Shown here: positions 33,736 to 42,344 of the stretch, in pieces
Layout: every line of letters starts with the position of its first letter
Position numbering within the stretch: the stretch's first letter is position 1
Source: Nitrosopumilaceae archaeon
Lineage (GTDB): Archaea; Thermoproteota; Nitrososphaeria; Nitrososphaerales; Nitrosopumilaceae
Length of the DNA: 64,000 bases
Assembly: GCA_965214835.1 (NCBI GenBank)
Contig: CBDCCK010000002.1
Location: 1,856,001-1,920,000 of the forward strand
Direction: 5' to 3'
Translations under genes and position numbers: made by a program
Notes under the pieces: generated by a model
Told to the model about the DNA's origin: nothing
What the model saw: only the letters and a program-made list of their open reading frames with translations
Databases searched by the model: none

Positions 33736-34821
33736 TCACTTGTTCTTTAAAATCATAAACACAAAGTCACTATCGATTACTTTTTCTTTAATTAACAACT
33801 GCTCTGTGTTGTATAGCAGTTTTAGAATCAACGAGTCTTTTTCGTTGCTAGGATCAAAATTTCCTACAATACAGTCCATCGCAAATTGCAACAGCGTCCC
33901 GCCATACTTTCGTTCGTAAACTACTTTGAAATTTTCTTTTAGCAATCTTGTTATTTCTCCTGATCTGATGGACTCTGAAGGATCATCTTTTTCAATCACT
34001 GCCGGTTTTTCTCTGTACGTGCTTTTTCTAATTCTTCCATCAACCACGCTTGTTTTGTAATTATCCGTCAAGTTACTCAAAACCCAATTCATTAATTCGA
34101 CTTGTTTGTCGGTAAACTGATATCGTGACGGCCCAACATACTCATTTATTATGAACAGCCCCTCTGGCTTGAGGGCCCGTCTTACCTCCCCGAACAGCTC
34201 TTCTAATCTCTCTACGTGATGTATCGAATGCCATCCAAAAATTGCATCAAACGACCCTTTTTCTAATTTTATATTGTTAAGATTCGCCTCTTCATACTCT
34301 ATGCTTTGAGCCAGTCCGTCTCTTGCAGCTTCCTTTTTTGCGACTTTGATTGCATCTGCTGATATGTCGACTCCCTTACACCGTTTTGCGGTACCGTTGG
34401 CCGTGATTATTCTTTCTAAACGGCCGCTGCCTGAACCTAGGACTAGGGCACTGTCAAACTCCCCGAATTCTTTCAAAAATGCAAATATGTCTACTGCCTC
34501 ATTGCCTGTTATGGCTTTGTTGATACACTGAATTAGGGTGGGATGTGCACTCCAATGTTTTCGGGGCATGTCTGTTAGCGACTCGTTTGCGCATTTTCCC
34601 CAAACGTCGTTGACTTTTTCCTTGTACGAGGTCAGTCCATCTCCCCCCCCGGCAAGCGTGAAAATAGCCGGCGTGCAAATTCGTGTCGAGTTGCAAGGAA
34701 CGCGACCCGTACTTTTGACGTGCTGTCCATTTGAATCATTGCCTGATCTCAGTAGATGAAAATGTACCCCCCTTTTTAAATGTCTGATTGTTTTGACAGT
34801 AGATGAAAATGTACCCCGCAA
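33736..34821 (-). CDS. Class I SAM-dependent methyltransferase (real start probably ~34635)
   Basis: Motifs 'ALVLGSGSG', 'GVDIS', 'SFDAI' and 'LKPEGLFII'; low-GC core. Confidence 0.85.
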   Translation of the reverse strand: MRGTFSSTVKTIRHLKRGVHFHLLRSGNDSNGQHVKSTGRVPCNSTRICTPAIFTLAGGGDGLTSYKEKVNDVWGKCANESLTDMPRKHWSAHPTLIQCINKAITGNEAVDIFAFLKEFGEFDSALVLGSGSGRLERIITANGTAKRCKGVDISADAIKVAKKEAARDGLAQSIEYEEANLNNIKLEKGSFDAIFGWHSIHHVERLEELFGEVRRALKPEGLFIINEYVGPSRYQFTDKQVELMNWVLSNLTDNYKTSVVDGRIRKSTYREKPAVIEKDDPSESIRSGEITRLLKENFKVVYERKYGGTLLQFAMDCIVGNFDPSNEKDSLILKLLYNTEQLLIKEKVIDSDFVFMILKNK

Positions 34822-34879
34822 ATCCGTCTAACCGGGATCGTGCAGCCGCCGCCCAGCCCCGATCCTGCCTGCATCTGGC

Positions 34880-35610
34880 ACAGAGGCAGCACGAATACAG
34901 GATCACAACATACATGAGTCAGCAGTGTCATGACGCGGGTCTTTGGATCGGCCGAGTCCCTCATTGTCAGCCATATGTTGCATACTGCAAGCTACACGTA
35001 AAACAAAAGCATCCGCATGACAGGATTCCTGCTGACGGTCTGTGGCCTGACGCTCTTGGCACAGCGATATCCCGTCTCGATACCCCACCTATTTTGATAC
35101 TCTTTTGTCACATAGTGAAACAACTGCCGGTAGCCGTGGCAGTGTACCGTGGTCGCAAACACGGGCATCTGTCAAAGATGTTATTTGCCGTGGACTTTGG
35201 GATCTTCCTGATGACCAGAGTGAACGTGAATCTCCTGCCGTCTGATAGCTTTATGGTATACCTTGATACTGCCTTTCTCTTGTCGCAGGCACGCTGTACG
35301 ATGGCCTGCTTTATTTATCCCCGGCGTCTTGACTGCAGAGAGGTGATCCGAAATTAGAAACCGTGCGAATTTTTCAAGTAATTTCACAGATAATCTGTAT
35401 TTTGTTGGTGTTTTGAGCCGTTTTATGCAAATTCGTTCACAAATAATCAGAGTTTGCTAATTTCGAATCAACTCTCAGGCATGATGAATGCAAACCCGGC
35501 GCCGTATATGACATCCATTACGTCTACTGAAAAGAACCCCCTGTCAAGCAGGGTGACGCTTTGCCTTGACCCAGGCCTGGACGTAATGCCCAGATCGGCG
35601 CATTTTTGGA
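34880..35610 (-). pseudogene. ISH3-like transposase remnant interrupted by the MITE at 35339-35475
   Basis: 'LLDRGFFSVDVM' and 'YQNRWGIETGYR'. Confidence 0.7.
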
Positions 35611-35810
35611 GTACAACATCAGGTCCTTTTTATACTGACAAGCCAACTTTTCTGGGCAGCGTCTTATGATCAGATGCCCTTGCAGACATGGCTGAGCATC
35701 AGACATTTGTGACCAGTCATTGCAGGATTGGAATTTGCTGGGGTGATCCATTATCGGCATCCTAGTCAAAGAATTCCGATGGAAATCTTTTTTGATCTTG
35801 CCTGTTTGAT
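35611..35810 (+). mobile_element. Isolated left end of the 3807-type IS66
   Basis: Matches 3807-4006. Confidence 0.8.
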
Positions 35811-35890
35811 CTATTGTACGAAAATTAGGTCGCACTAATTTGAAGAGGATTGCAAAGGATTACTTTAGGCTTTACCGATCAAGAAAACCG

Positions 35891-36120
35891 ATGGTTACAA
35901 GGCTCGAGGCAAAGCAGATCAGATACGCAGTGACGCAGTGTGCAGGGGGACGAAAGCCCTCGGAGGTGGCCCCGGAGATAGGCGTCACGACAAGGCACGT
36001 CCAGCGGATGCATGCCCGGTTCAAGAAGACAGGCGACACGCACCACGTGCCGCTCAAGCCGGGAAGGAAAAGGAGCGCTCTGGTTCCCGACGGGGGCGTT
36101 TTTATCATGTGTTCAACAAC
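35891..36120 (+). pseudogene. HTH transposase N-terminal remnant (possibly IS481-like)
   Basis: 'KPSEVAPEIGVTTRHVQR...PGRKR'; its 3' DNA resembles 13318-13350. Confidence 0.45.
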
Positions 36121-36457
36121 AGTCTAACCCCGAATACATCTTTATTAATTACGCCGGGTTTAATGATAATATCAGAATGAGCGCGTTATACACTACCACA
36201 CTGTCGGTCACCGTTATCAAAACCCCACATGATCACTGGGGGGGGGGGTAGTTGACCCGGGCCCTGCCGTCGGGGCTGGGAAGGGGCCCTCGTTCCGGCG
36301 GCTATGAAAGGCTGGCCTGCGGTTCGGATCCTGACGGCACAGGGGCCGCCATGCATGGGGGTCTTGCCCGTGCGGACTGCTGCAGGTGGCTTGTACAGGA
36401 CAACAAATCAGGCTACGACATGGGAGGCAACACTACAGAGTCCGGAGGTAATCTGCC

Positions 36458-39400
36458 ATGGCCGTAAAACGGCAACGCCCGCCCCGTCGATCTCCTGCAG
36501 GAACCCCCGCACTGTACTTGGCATTTATTGCAGCCGCCGTCTCCGGCCTGGCCGTAGCGGGATCTCTGCAGGAGGTGCACGCGCAGAACCGGATCGAGGT
36601 GATCCCTGCCGGGATGCTAAGTGATCACTCATCATGGCTGCTTGATGGTGCCACCGGCGTAGAAGTCTTTACAATAGGCAGCAAGACATATGCGGCGGTG
36701 ATTGCCTATCAGGACGACGGCCTCCAAATTGTAGACATCTCCAATCCATCTGACCCCTATAACCTTGCAAAGCTGGAAAACAACGGATCTCGGCTACTTG
36801 ATGCCCCCTATGGTGTGGATATATTCAAGATAGGCAGCAAGACCTACGCGGCAATCGCCTCCAGATTCAGCGACGGCCTCCAAATTGTAGACATCTCCAA
36901 TCCCTCCAGCCCGGCTGCCGTCGGAAAGCTGGGAGATAACAACTCCCGACTGCTTGACGGCGCCCATGACGTGGATGTCTTTACGATAGGCAGCAAGACC
37001 TACGCGGCAGTGGCCTCCCTTGAGGATGACGGCCTCCAGATTGTAGACGTCTCCAATCCCTCCAGCCCTACTGCCGTCGGAAAGCTGGGAGATAACAACT
37101 CTAGGGAGCTTGACGGCGCCCGTGGCGTAGACGTCTTTACGATAGGCAGCAAGACCTACGCGGCAGTAGCTGCCAATTATGATGACGGTCTCCAGATTGT
37201 AGACGTCTCCAATCCCTCCAGCCCTACTGCCGTCGGAAAGCTGGGAGATAACAACTCTAGGGAGCTTGACGGCGCCATAGGGGTGGCCGTCTTTACGATA
37301 GGCAGCAAGACCTACGCGGCAGTGGCCTCGTTTGAGGATCGAGGCCTCCAAATTGTAGACGTCTCCGATCCCTCCAGCCCGGCTGCCGTCGGAAAGCTGG
37401 AGAACAGCAACACAAACCTGCTTGACGGCGCCACCGGCGTGGATGTCTTCGTGATGGCTGGCAGGACATACGCGGCGGTGGCATCTGCCTTCGATAATGG
37501 TCTCCAGATTGTAGATGTCTCCAATCCCTCCAGCCCAACTGCCGACGGAAAGCTGAAAGACAACAACTCTAGGGTACTTGGCGGCGCCGTCGCCGTGGAC
37601 ATCTTCATGATGGGCGACAGGACCTACGCGGCAGTCGCCTCGGATAGCGATGATGGCCTCCAGCTGATACAGCTTCGCGATCGTATAAAGCCCGGGTTTG
37701 TCTCGGCCGCACTAGACGAGAACACGGGCCTCATGATGATTACCCTCGATGAACCCATAGACACATCGGATACTGATCTCTCCAAGCTGTACGTCAGCGA
37801 TGCGGGCAGGACAAACGAGGTGGTTCTGACGGGGGCTACCTTTGATGATACGGTGCCGGACTTAGACACGATAACATTTACGCTTACCAACACCCAGCTT
37901 GACGACATAATCCCGATGGCAACGCCGCAGCTTGACATTGCCGCAGGCGCAGTGGAGGATCTTGCCGCAAACGCCATAGACGCGGCGCCTGACAATGCAA
38001 TCACGACGGCAAGCCCGGACAGCCCGATCCCGTCCGGAAGGCTGACCGACAGCCCGCAGGTGCATCTTGACAAGTCCCGCAGCGTGGACGTCTTCACGCT
38101 AGGCGGCAAGATCTACGCCGTCGCCGTATCCAGCACCGAGGATGCCATCCAGATTGTTGACATCAGCAGTCCCGACAGGCCTCGGGCCCGCGGCAGTCTT
38201 GATACGACTGACTCACCTACGCTGTTGCTTGACGGCGCCCGCGCAGTGGATACATTCACGACGGGCGGCAAGACCTACGCCGTCGTGGCCTCGCATGCCG
38301 ATGACGGCATCCAGATAGTCCGCGTCTCGGATCTTACGCATCCGCAGCCTGCCGGGAGGCTGGATGACAACAAATCCCGGCTGCTTGACGGTGCCAACGG
38401 CGTCAACGTCTTTAGGATAGGCACGGGCATCTATGCTGCAGTCACCTCCCAGTACGACGGCGGTCTTCAGATCATAGACGTCACCAATCCCGACAGTCCG
38501 ACAGAGGCCGGAAAGCTGGAGGACGGTACCTTCCGGCTGCTTGATGACACCACCGACGTGGACACCTTCAGAGTGGGCGGCTCCACCTATGCAGTCGTAT
38601 CCTCTTGGGTTGACAAAGGCATCCAGATTGTGGATGTAAGCAATCCGGACAGTCCGAGAGAGTCCGAGGTTCTGAAAGACAACAATGACCTGCTACTCGA
38701 CGGAATACGTGCAGTGGACGCCTTTGAGGTGGGGGGCACCGCATATGCTGCAGTGGCATCGCACACCGACGGAGGTCTTCAGATCATAGACGTCTCCAAT
38801 CCTGCCAGCCCTGCAGCGGCCGGAAAGCTTGCAGACACCGACGACCTGTTGCTTGGTGGTGCCAGCGGCGTGGAGATCTTCAGGGTGGGCAAGGCCGTCT
38901 ATGCCGCAGTGGCCTCCCAGTACGACGGCGGCCTCCAGATTGTGGATGTCTCCGATCCCGACAATCCGACAGCGGCCGGATCCCTGGAGGACGGCCCGGA
39001 ACTGTCGCTTGCAGCGGCCCGGAATCTGTCCGTGTTCACCCACGGAGGGGATCTGTACGCCGCAGTGGTCTCCGACACGGAGGGACTCCAGATAGTAAAG
39101 CTTGCCGAGGACGATCTCGAGTTTGTATCGGCGACGCTTGACGCGGCCACGGGCAAGATGACGGTTACCTTCACTAAGACCATAGATGTATCAGATACGA
39201 AACTGTCAAAGATGTATGTCAGCGATGCCGGCAAGACAAACGAGGTGGTCCTAAGCGGGGCGACCTTTGACAAAACGACACGTGACTCGGAGACCATATC
39301 ACTTACGCTTGTCCCGGCCCAGCTAGACGACATAACACGGATGGCGGCCCCGCAGCTTGACATAGCAGCCGGCGCCGTGTCAGACGTATCGGGTAATGAC

Positions 39401-42226
39401 ATAGCCGCGGCGTCTGACAACCCGGTCACGGTGGCCATCGTGATGACCCCGGTCGGGAATATAAGTGACGACCACTCGTTACTGCTTGATTCTGCCCGCG
39501 CAGTGGATACGTTTACGATAGGCAGCAGGATCTACGCGGCAGTGGCGGCCTCATCTGACGACGGTCTCCAGCTGGTCGATATCTCCGATCCCTCCAGTCC
39601 CATCGCCGCCGGGCATCTTGAGGATACCGAGGGCAGCAACGAGCTGCTGCTTGATGGTTCCAACGACGTGAACGTCTTTGTAATCGGCAGCAGGACATAT
39701 GCCGCAGTGACCACCGCATCTGACCACGGCCTCCAGATTGTAGACGTCTCCAATCCCTCCAGCCCGACTGCCGCCGGAAAACTGGCAGACAACAGCTCTA
39801 GGGAGCTTAAAGGCGCCACAGGGGTGGCCGTCTTTACGATAGGCGGCAAGACCTACGCGGCAGTGGCGGCCTCATCTGACGACGGTCTCCAGCTGGTCGA
39901 TATCTCCGATCCCACCAACCCGACTGCCGCCGGAAATCTGGGGGATACCAACTCTAGGCTGCTTGACGGTGCCTCTGACGTGGCCGTCTTTACGATAGGC
40001 GGCAAGACCTACGCGGCAGTGGCCTCATCTGCCTCTGACGACGGTCTCCAGCTGGTCGATATCTCCGATCCCACCAACCCGACTGCCGCCGGGCAGCTGG
40101 CAGCTACCAAATCTAGGCTGCTTGACGGCGTCGAGGGCCTAGACATCTTTACAACGGGTGGCAAGACCTACGCCGTCGTGACAGCCAGATTTGACGACGC
40201 CCTCCAGATTATAGACATCACCGATCCCGACAAACCTGTAGCTGCAGGGAACCTGGTGGACGGCGGCAACCTGCGGCTTGGCTCTCCCTTTGACGTGGAT
40301 GTCTTCACGCTAGACGGCAAGACCTACGCCGCAGTCACGTCGTTTGCTGATGACACACTCCAGATCATAGATGTCACCAATCCTGCCGGTCCGGCCGCCG
40401 CCGGCAGTCTGAGAGACGGAGGTTCTCTGAATCTTAACGGCATCGATGCCGTGAACGTTTTTACAGTCGGAGCGGACACCTACGCTGCAGTCGCCGCCCA
40501 ACTGGATGACGGTCTCCAGATGGTGAGGCTGAGCTCATGGGGGACATCCAACACCCCACCGGTGGCACCATCCGCGACGGCAACCACTGCAGAGGACACG
40601 TCTGTAACCATAACTCCGAACATATCGGATCCGGACACATCAGATACCCCGAGGATATCGGCAGTAGAGAACCCGCCCAACGGGACTGTTATACATGATG
40701 ATACCACCATAACTTATACGCCCGATCAGGGCTATACGGGCACCGATACGTTCGGATATACGGTAACTGATGGCACCGACTCTGTACAAGGCACGGTAAC
40801 GGTAACCGTCACACGCGACAACAACACCTCAAAGGCAATATCTGACCTGCTGAGCATCTACCACGCAAGGCCGGATCTGCAGGCAGCATACCCGGAGGCC
40901 GGCTCCAACAACGATATGACGGGACTACTTAGGTGGGCATGGCAGTACGGAATTGTTGACTATCCTGCAGACCCCAACGGCCCGCATGCAGTCCTGGGCC
41001 CGCACGCGCACACCTATGCACTGCTCTCCATATACGACGCAAGGCCCGACCTGCAGGCAGCATACCCGGAGGTCGTGGCAGGCGATCGTGACGCACTGAC
41101 TGTCTGGGCGCGCGACTGGGGAATCAACGACTATCCAAATGATCCGGTGGGTCCTGCCGCAGTCCTGGGCCCGCACGCGCACACCTATGCACTGCTCTCC
41201 ATATACGACGCAAGGCCCGACCTGCAGGCAGCATACCCGGAGGTCGTGGCAGGCGATCGTGACGCACTGACTGTCTGGGCGCGCGACTGGGGAATCAACG
41301 ACTATCCAAATGATCCGGTGGGTCCTGCCGCAGTCCTGGGCCCGCACGCGCACACCTATGCACTGCTCTCCATATACGACGCAAGGCCCGACCTGCAGGC
41401 AGCATACCCGGAGGTCGTGGCAGGCGACCACACAGCACTGACTGTCTGGGCGCGCGACTGGGGAATCAACGACTATCCAAATGATCCGGTGGGTCCTGCC
41501 GCAGTCCTGGGCCCGCACGCGCACACCTATGCACTGCTCTCCATATACGACGCAAGGCCCGACCTGCAGGCAGCATACCCGGAGGTCGTGGCAGGCGACC
41601 ACACAGCACTGACTGTCTGGGCGCGCGACTGGGGAATCAACGACTATCCAAATGATCCGGTGGGTCCTGCCGCAGTCCTGGGCCCGCACGCGCACACCTA
41701 TGCACTGCTCTCCATATACGACGCAAGGCCCGACCTGCAGGCAGCATACCCGGAGGTCGTGGCAGGCGACCACACAGCACTGACTGTCTGGGCGCGCGAC
41801 TGGGGAATCAACGACTATCCGGATGATCCGGTGGGTCCTGCAGCGGTTCTGGGCCCGCACGCGCACACCTACGCACTGCTCTCCATATACGACGCAAGGC
41901 CGGATCTGCAGGCCGCATATCCTGAGGCTGCCTCCGGCGACATGGCCGGGCTGACTGTCTGGGCGCGCGACTGGGGAATCAACGACTATCCGGATGATCC
42001 GGTGGGTCCTGCCGCAGTCCTGGGCCCGCACGCGCACACCTACGCACTGCTCTCCATATACGACGCAAGGCCCGACCTGCAGGCAGCATATCCTGAGGCT
42101 GCCTCCGGCGACATGGCCGGGCTGACTGTCTGGGCGCGCGACTGGGGAATCAACGACTATCCGGATGATCCGGTGGGTCCTGCAGCGGTTCTGGGCCCGT
42201 ACGCACACGACTATGGTGATGATTAA
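36458..42226 (+). CDS. Second giant secreted LVIVD-repeat surface protein (paralog of 26631-32717)
   Basis: Signal 'YLAFIAAAVSGLAVAGSLQEVHAQ', LVIVD repeats, an Ig-like domain and 57-aa repeats. Confidence 0.92.
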   Translation: MAVKRQRPPRRSPAGTPALYLAFIAAAVSGLAVAGSLQEVHAQNRIEVIPAGMLSDHSSWLLDGATGVEVFTIGSKTYAAVIAYQDDGLQIVDISNPSDPYNLAKLENNGSRLLDAPYGVDIFKIGSKTYAAIASRFSDGLQIVDISNPSSPAAVGKLGDNNSRLLDGAHDVDVFTIGSKTYAAVASLEDDGLQIVDVSNPSSPTAVGKLGDNNSRELDGARGVDVFTIGSKTYAAVAANYDDGLQIVDVSNPSSPTAVGKLGDNNSRELDGAIGVAVFTIGSKTYAAVASFEDRGLQIVDVSDPSSPAAVGKLENSNTNLLDGATGVDVFVMAGRTYAAVASAFDNGLQIVDVSNPSSPTADGKLKDNNSRVLGGAVAVDIFMMGDRTYAAVASDSDDGLQLIQLRDRIKPGFVSAALDENTGLMMITLDEPIDTSDTDLSKLYVSDAGRTNEVVLTGATFDDTVPDLDTITFTLTNTQLDDIIPMATPQLDIAAGAVEDLAANAIDAAPDNAITTASPDSPIPSGRLTDSPQVHLDKSRSVDVFTLGGKIYAVAVSSTEDAIQIVDISSPDRPRARGSLDTTDSPTLLLDGARAVDTFTTGGKTYAVVASHADDGIQIVRVSDLTHPQPAGRLDDNKSRLLDGANGVNVFRIGTGIYAAVTSQYDGGLQIIDVTNPDSPTEAGKLEDGTFRLLDDTTDVDTFRVGGSTYAVVSSWVDKGIQIVDVSNPDSPRESEVLKDNNDLLLDGIRAVDAFEVGGTAYAAVASHTDGGLQIIDVSNPASPAAAGKLADTDDLLLGGASGVEIFRVGKAVYAAVASQYDGGLQIVDVSDPDNPTAAGSLEDGPELSLAAARNLSVFTHGGDLYAAVVSDTEGLQIVKLAEDDLEFVSATLDAATGKMTVTFTKTIDVSDTKLSKMYVSDAGKTNEVVLSGATFDKTTRDSETISLTLVPAQLDDITRMAAPQLDIAAGAVSDVSGNDIAAASDNPVTVAIVMTPVGNISDDHSLLLDSARAVDTFTIGSRIYAAVAASSDDGLQLVDISDPSSPIAAGHLEDTEGSNELLLDGSNDVNVFVIGSRTYAAVTTASDHGLQIVDVSNPSSPTAAGKLADNSSRELKGATGVAVFTIGGKTYAAVAASSDDGLQLVDISDPTNPTAAGNLGDTNSRLLDGASDVAVFTIGGKTYAAVASSASDDGLQLVDISDPTNPTAAGQLAATKSRLLDGVEGLDIFTTGGKTYAVVTARFDDALQIIDITDPDKPVAAGNLVDGGNLRLGSPFDVDVFTLDGKTYAAVTSFADDTLQIIDVTNPAGPAAAGSLRDGGSLNLNGIDAVNVFTVGADTYAAVAAQLDDGLQMVRLSSWGTSNTPPVAPSATATTAEDTSVTITPNISDPDTSDTPRISAVENPPNGTVIHDDTTITYTPDQGYTGTDTFGYTVTDGTDSVQGTVTVTVTRDNNTSKAISDLLSIYHARPDLQAAYPEAGSNNDMTGLLRWAWQYGIVDYPADPNGPHAVLGPHAHTYALLSIYDARPDLQAAYPEVVAGDRDALTVWARDWGINDYPNDPVGPAAVLGPHAHTYALLSIYDARPDLQAAYPEVVAGDRDALTVWARDWGINDYPNDPVGPAAVLGPHAHTYALLSIYDARPDLQAAYPEVVAGDHTALTVWARDWGINDYPNDPVGPAAVLGPHAHTYALLSIYDARPDLQAAYPEVVAGDHTALTVWARDWGINDYPNDPVGPAAVLGPHAHTYALLSIYDARPDLQAAYPEVVAGDHTALTVWARDWGINDYPDDPVGPAAVLGPHAHTYALLSIYDARPDLQAAYPEAASGDMAGLTVWARDWGINDYPDDPVGPAAVLGPHAHTYALLSIYDARPDLQAAYPEAASGDMAGLTVWARDWGINDYPDDPVGPAAVLGPYAHDYGDD
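40844..42214 (+). repeat. 171-bp (57-aa) tandem array, eight units; the seven after the first fall into three variants
   Basis: Units start at 41018, 41189, 41360, 41531, 41702, 41873 and 42044, plus the first unit. Confidence 0.95.
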
Positions 42227-42344
42227 GAGGCACATGTTATGTCAGTCTTCCCAGAAGTGCCACATCGAATCATCCTAGGCTCGAAACAATTCAAATGAGA
42301 ATGCCTGCAGATCCGCATGTCGTCTACTGCACCACCACAGTCGG

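Noticed and set aside
34751-34818. 20-bp direct repeat AGTAGATGAAAATGTACCCC (two copies)
   Set aside because: It is probably a duplicated end of the adjacent ISH3-like remnant; there is no evidence for a regulatory role.
26435-36460. G11 tracts as translational phase switches for the giant proteins
   Set aside because: The giant-ORF frames have stop codons after the tracts (TGA at 26559 and at 36305), so no tract length joins the upstream ATG to the gene.
31356-42214. 171-bp arrays as CRISPR arrays
   Set aside because: There are no unique spacers, the units are in-frame coding repeats, and no cas genes are present.
26631-42226. Diversity-generating retroelement acting on the paralogous surface proteins
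   Set aside because: There is no reverse transcriptase in the window and the differences are not adenine-specific.
31437-42235. Long antisense ORFs 31437-32549 and 40925-42235, and the + strand ORF 46904-47509
   Set aside because: They are shadows of the coding tandem repeats.
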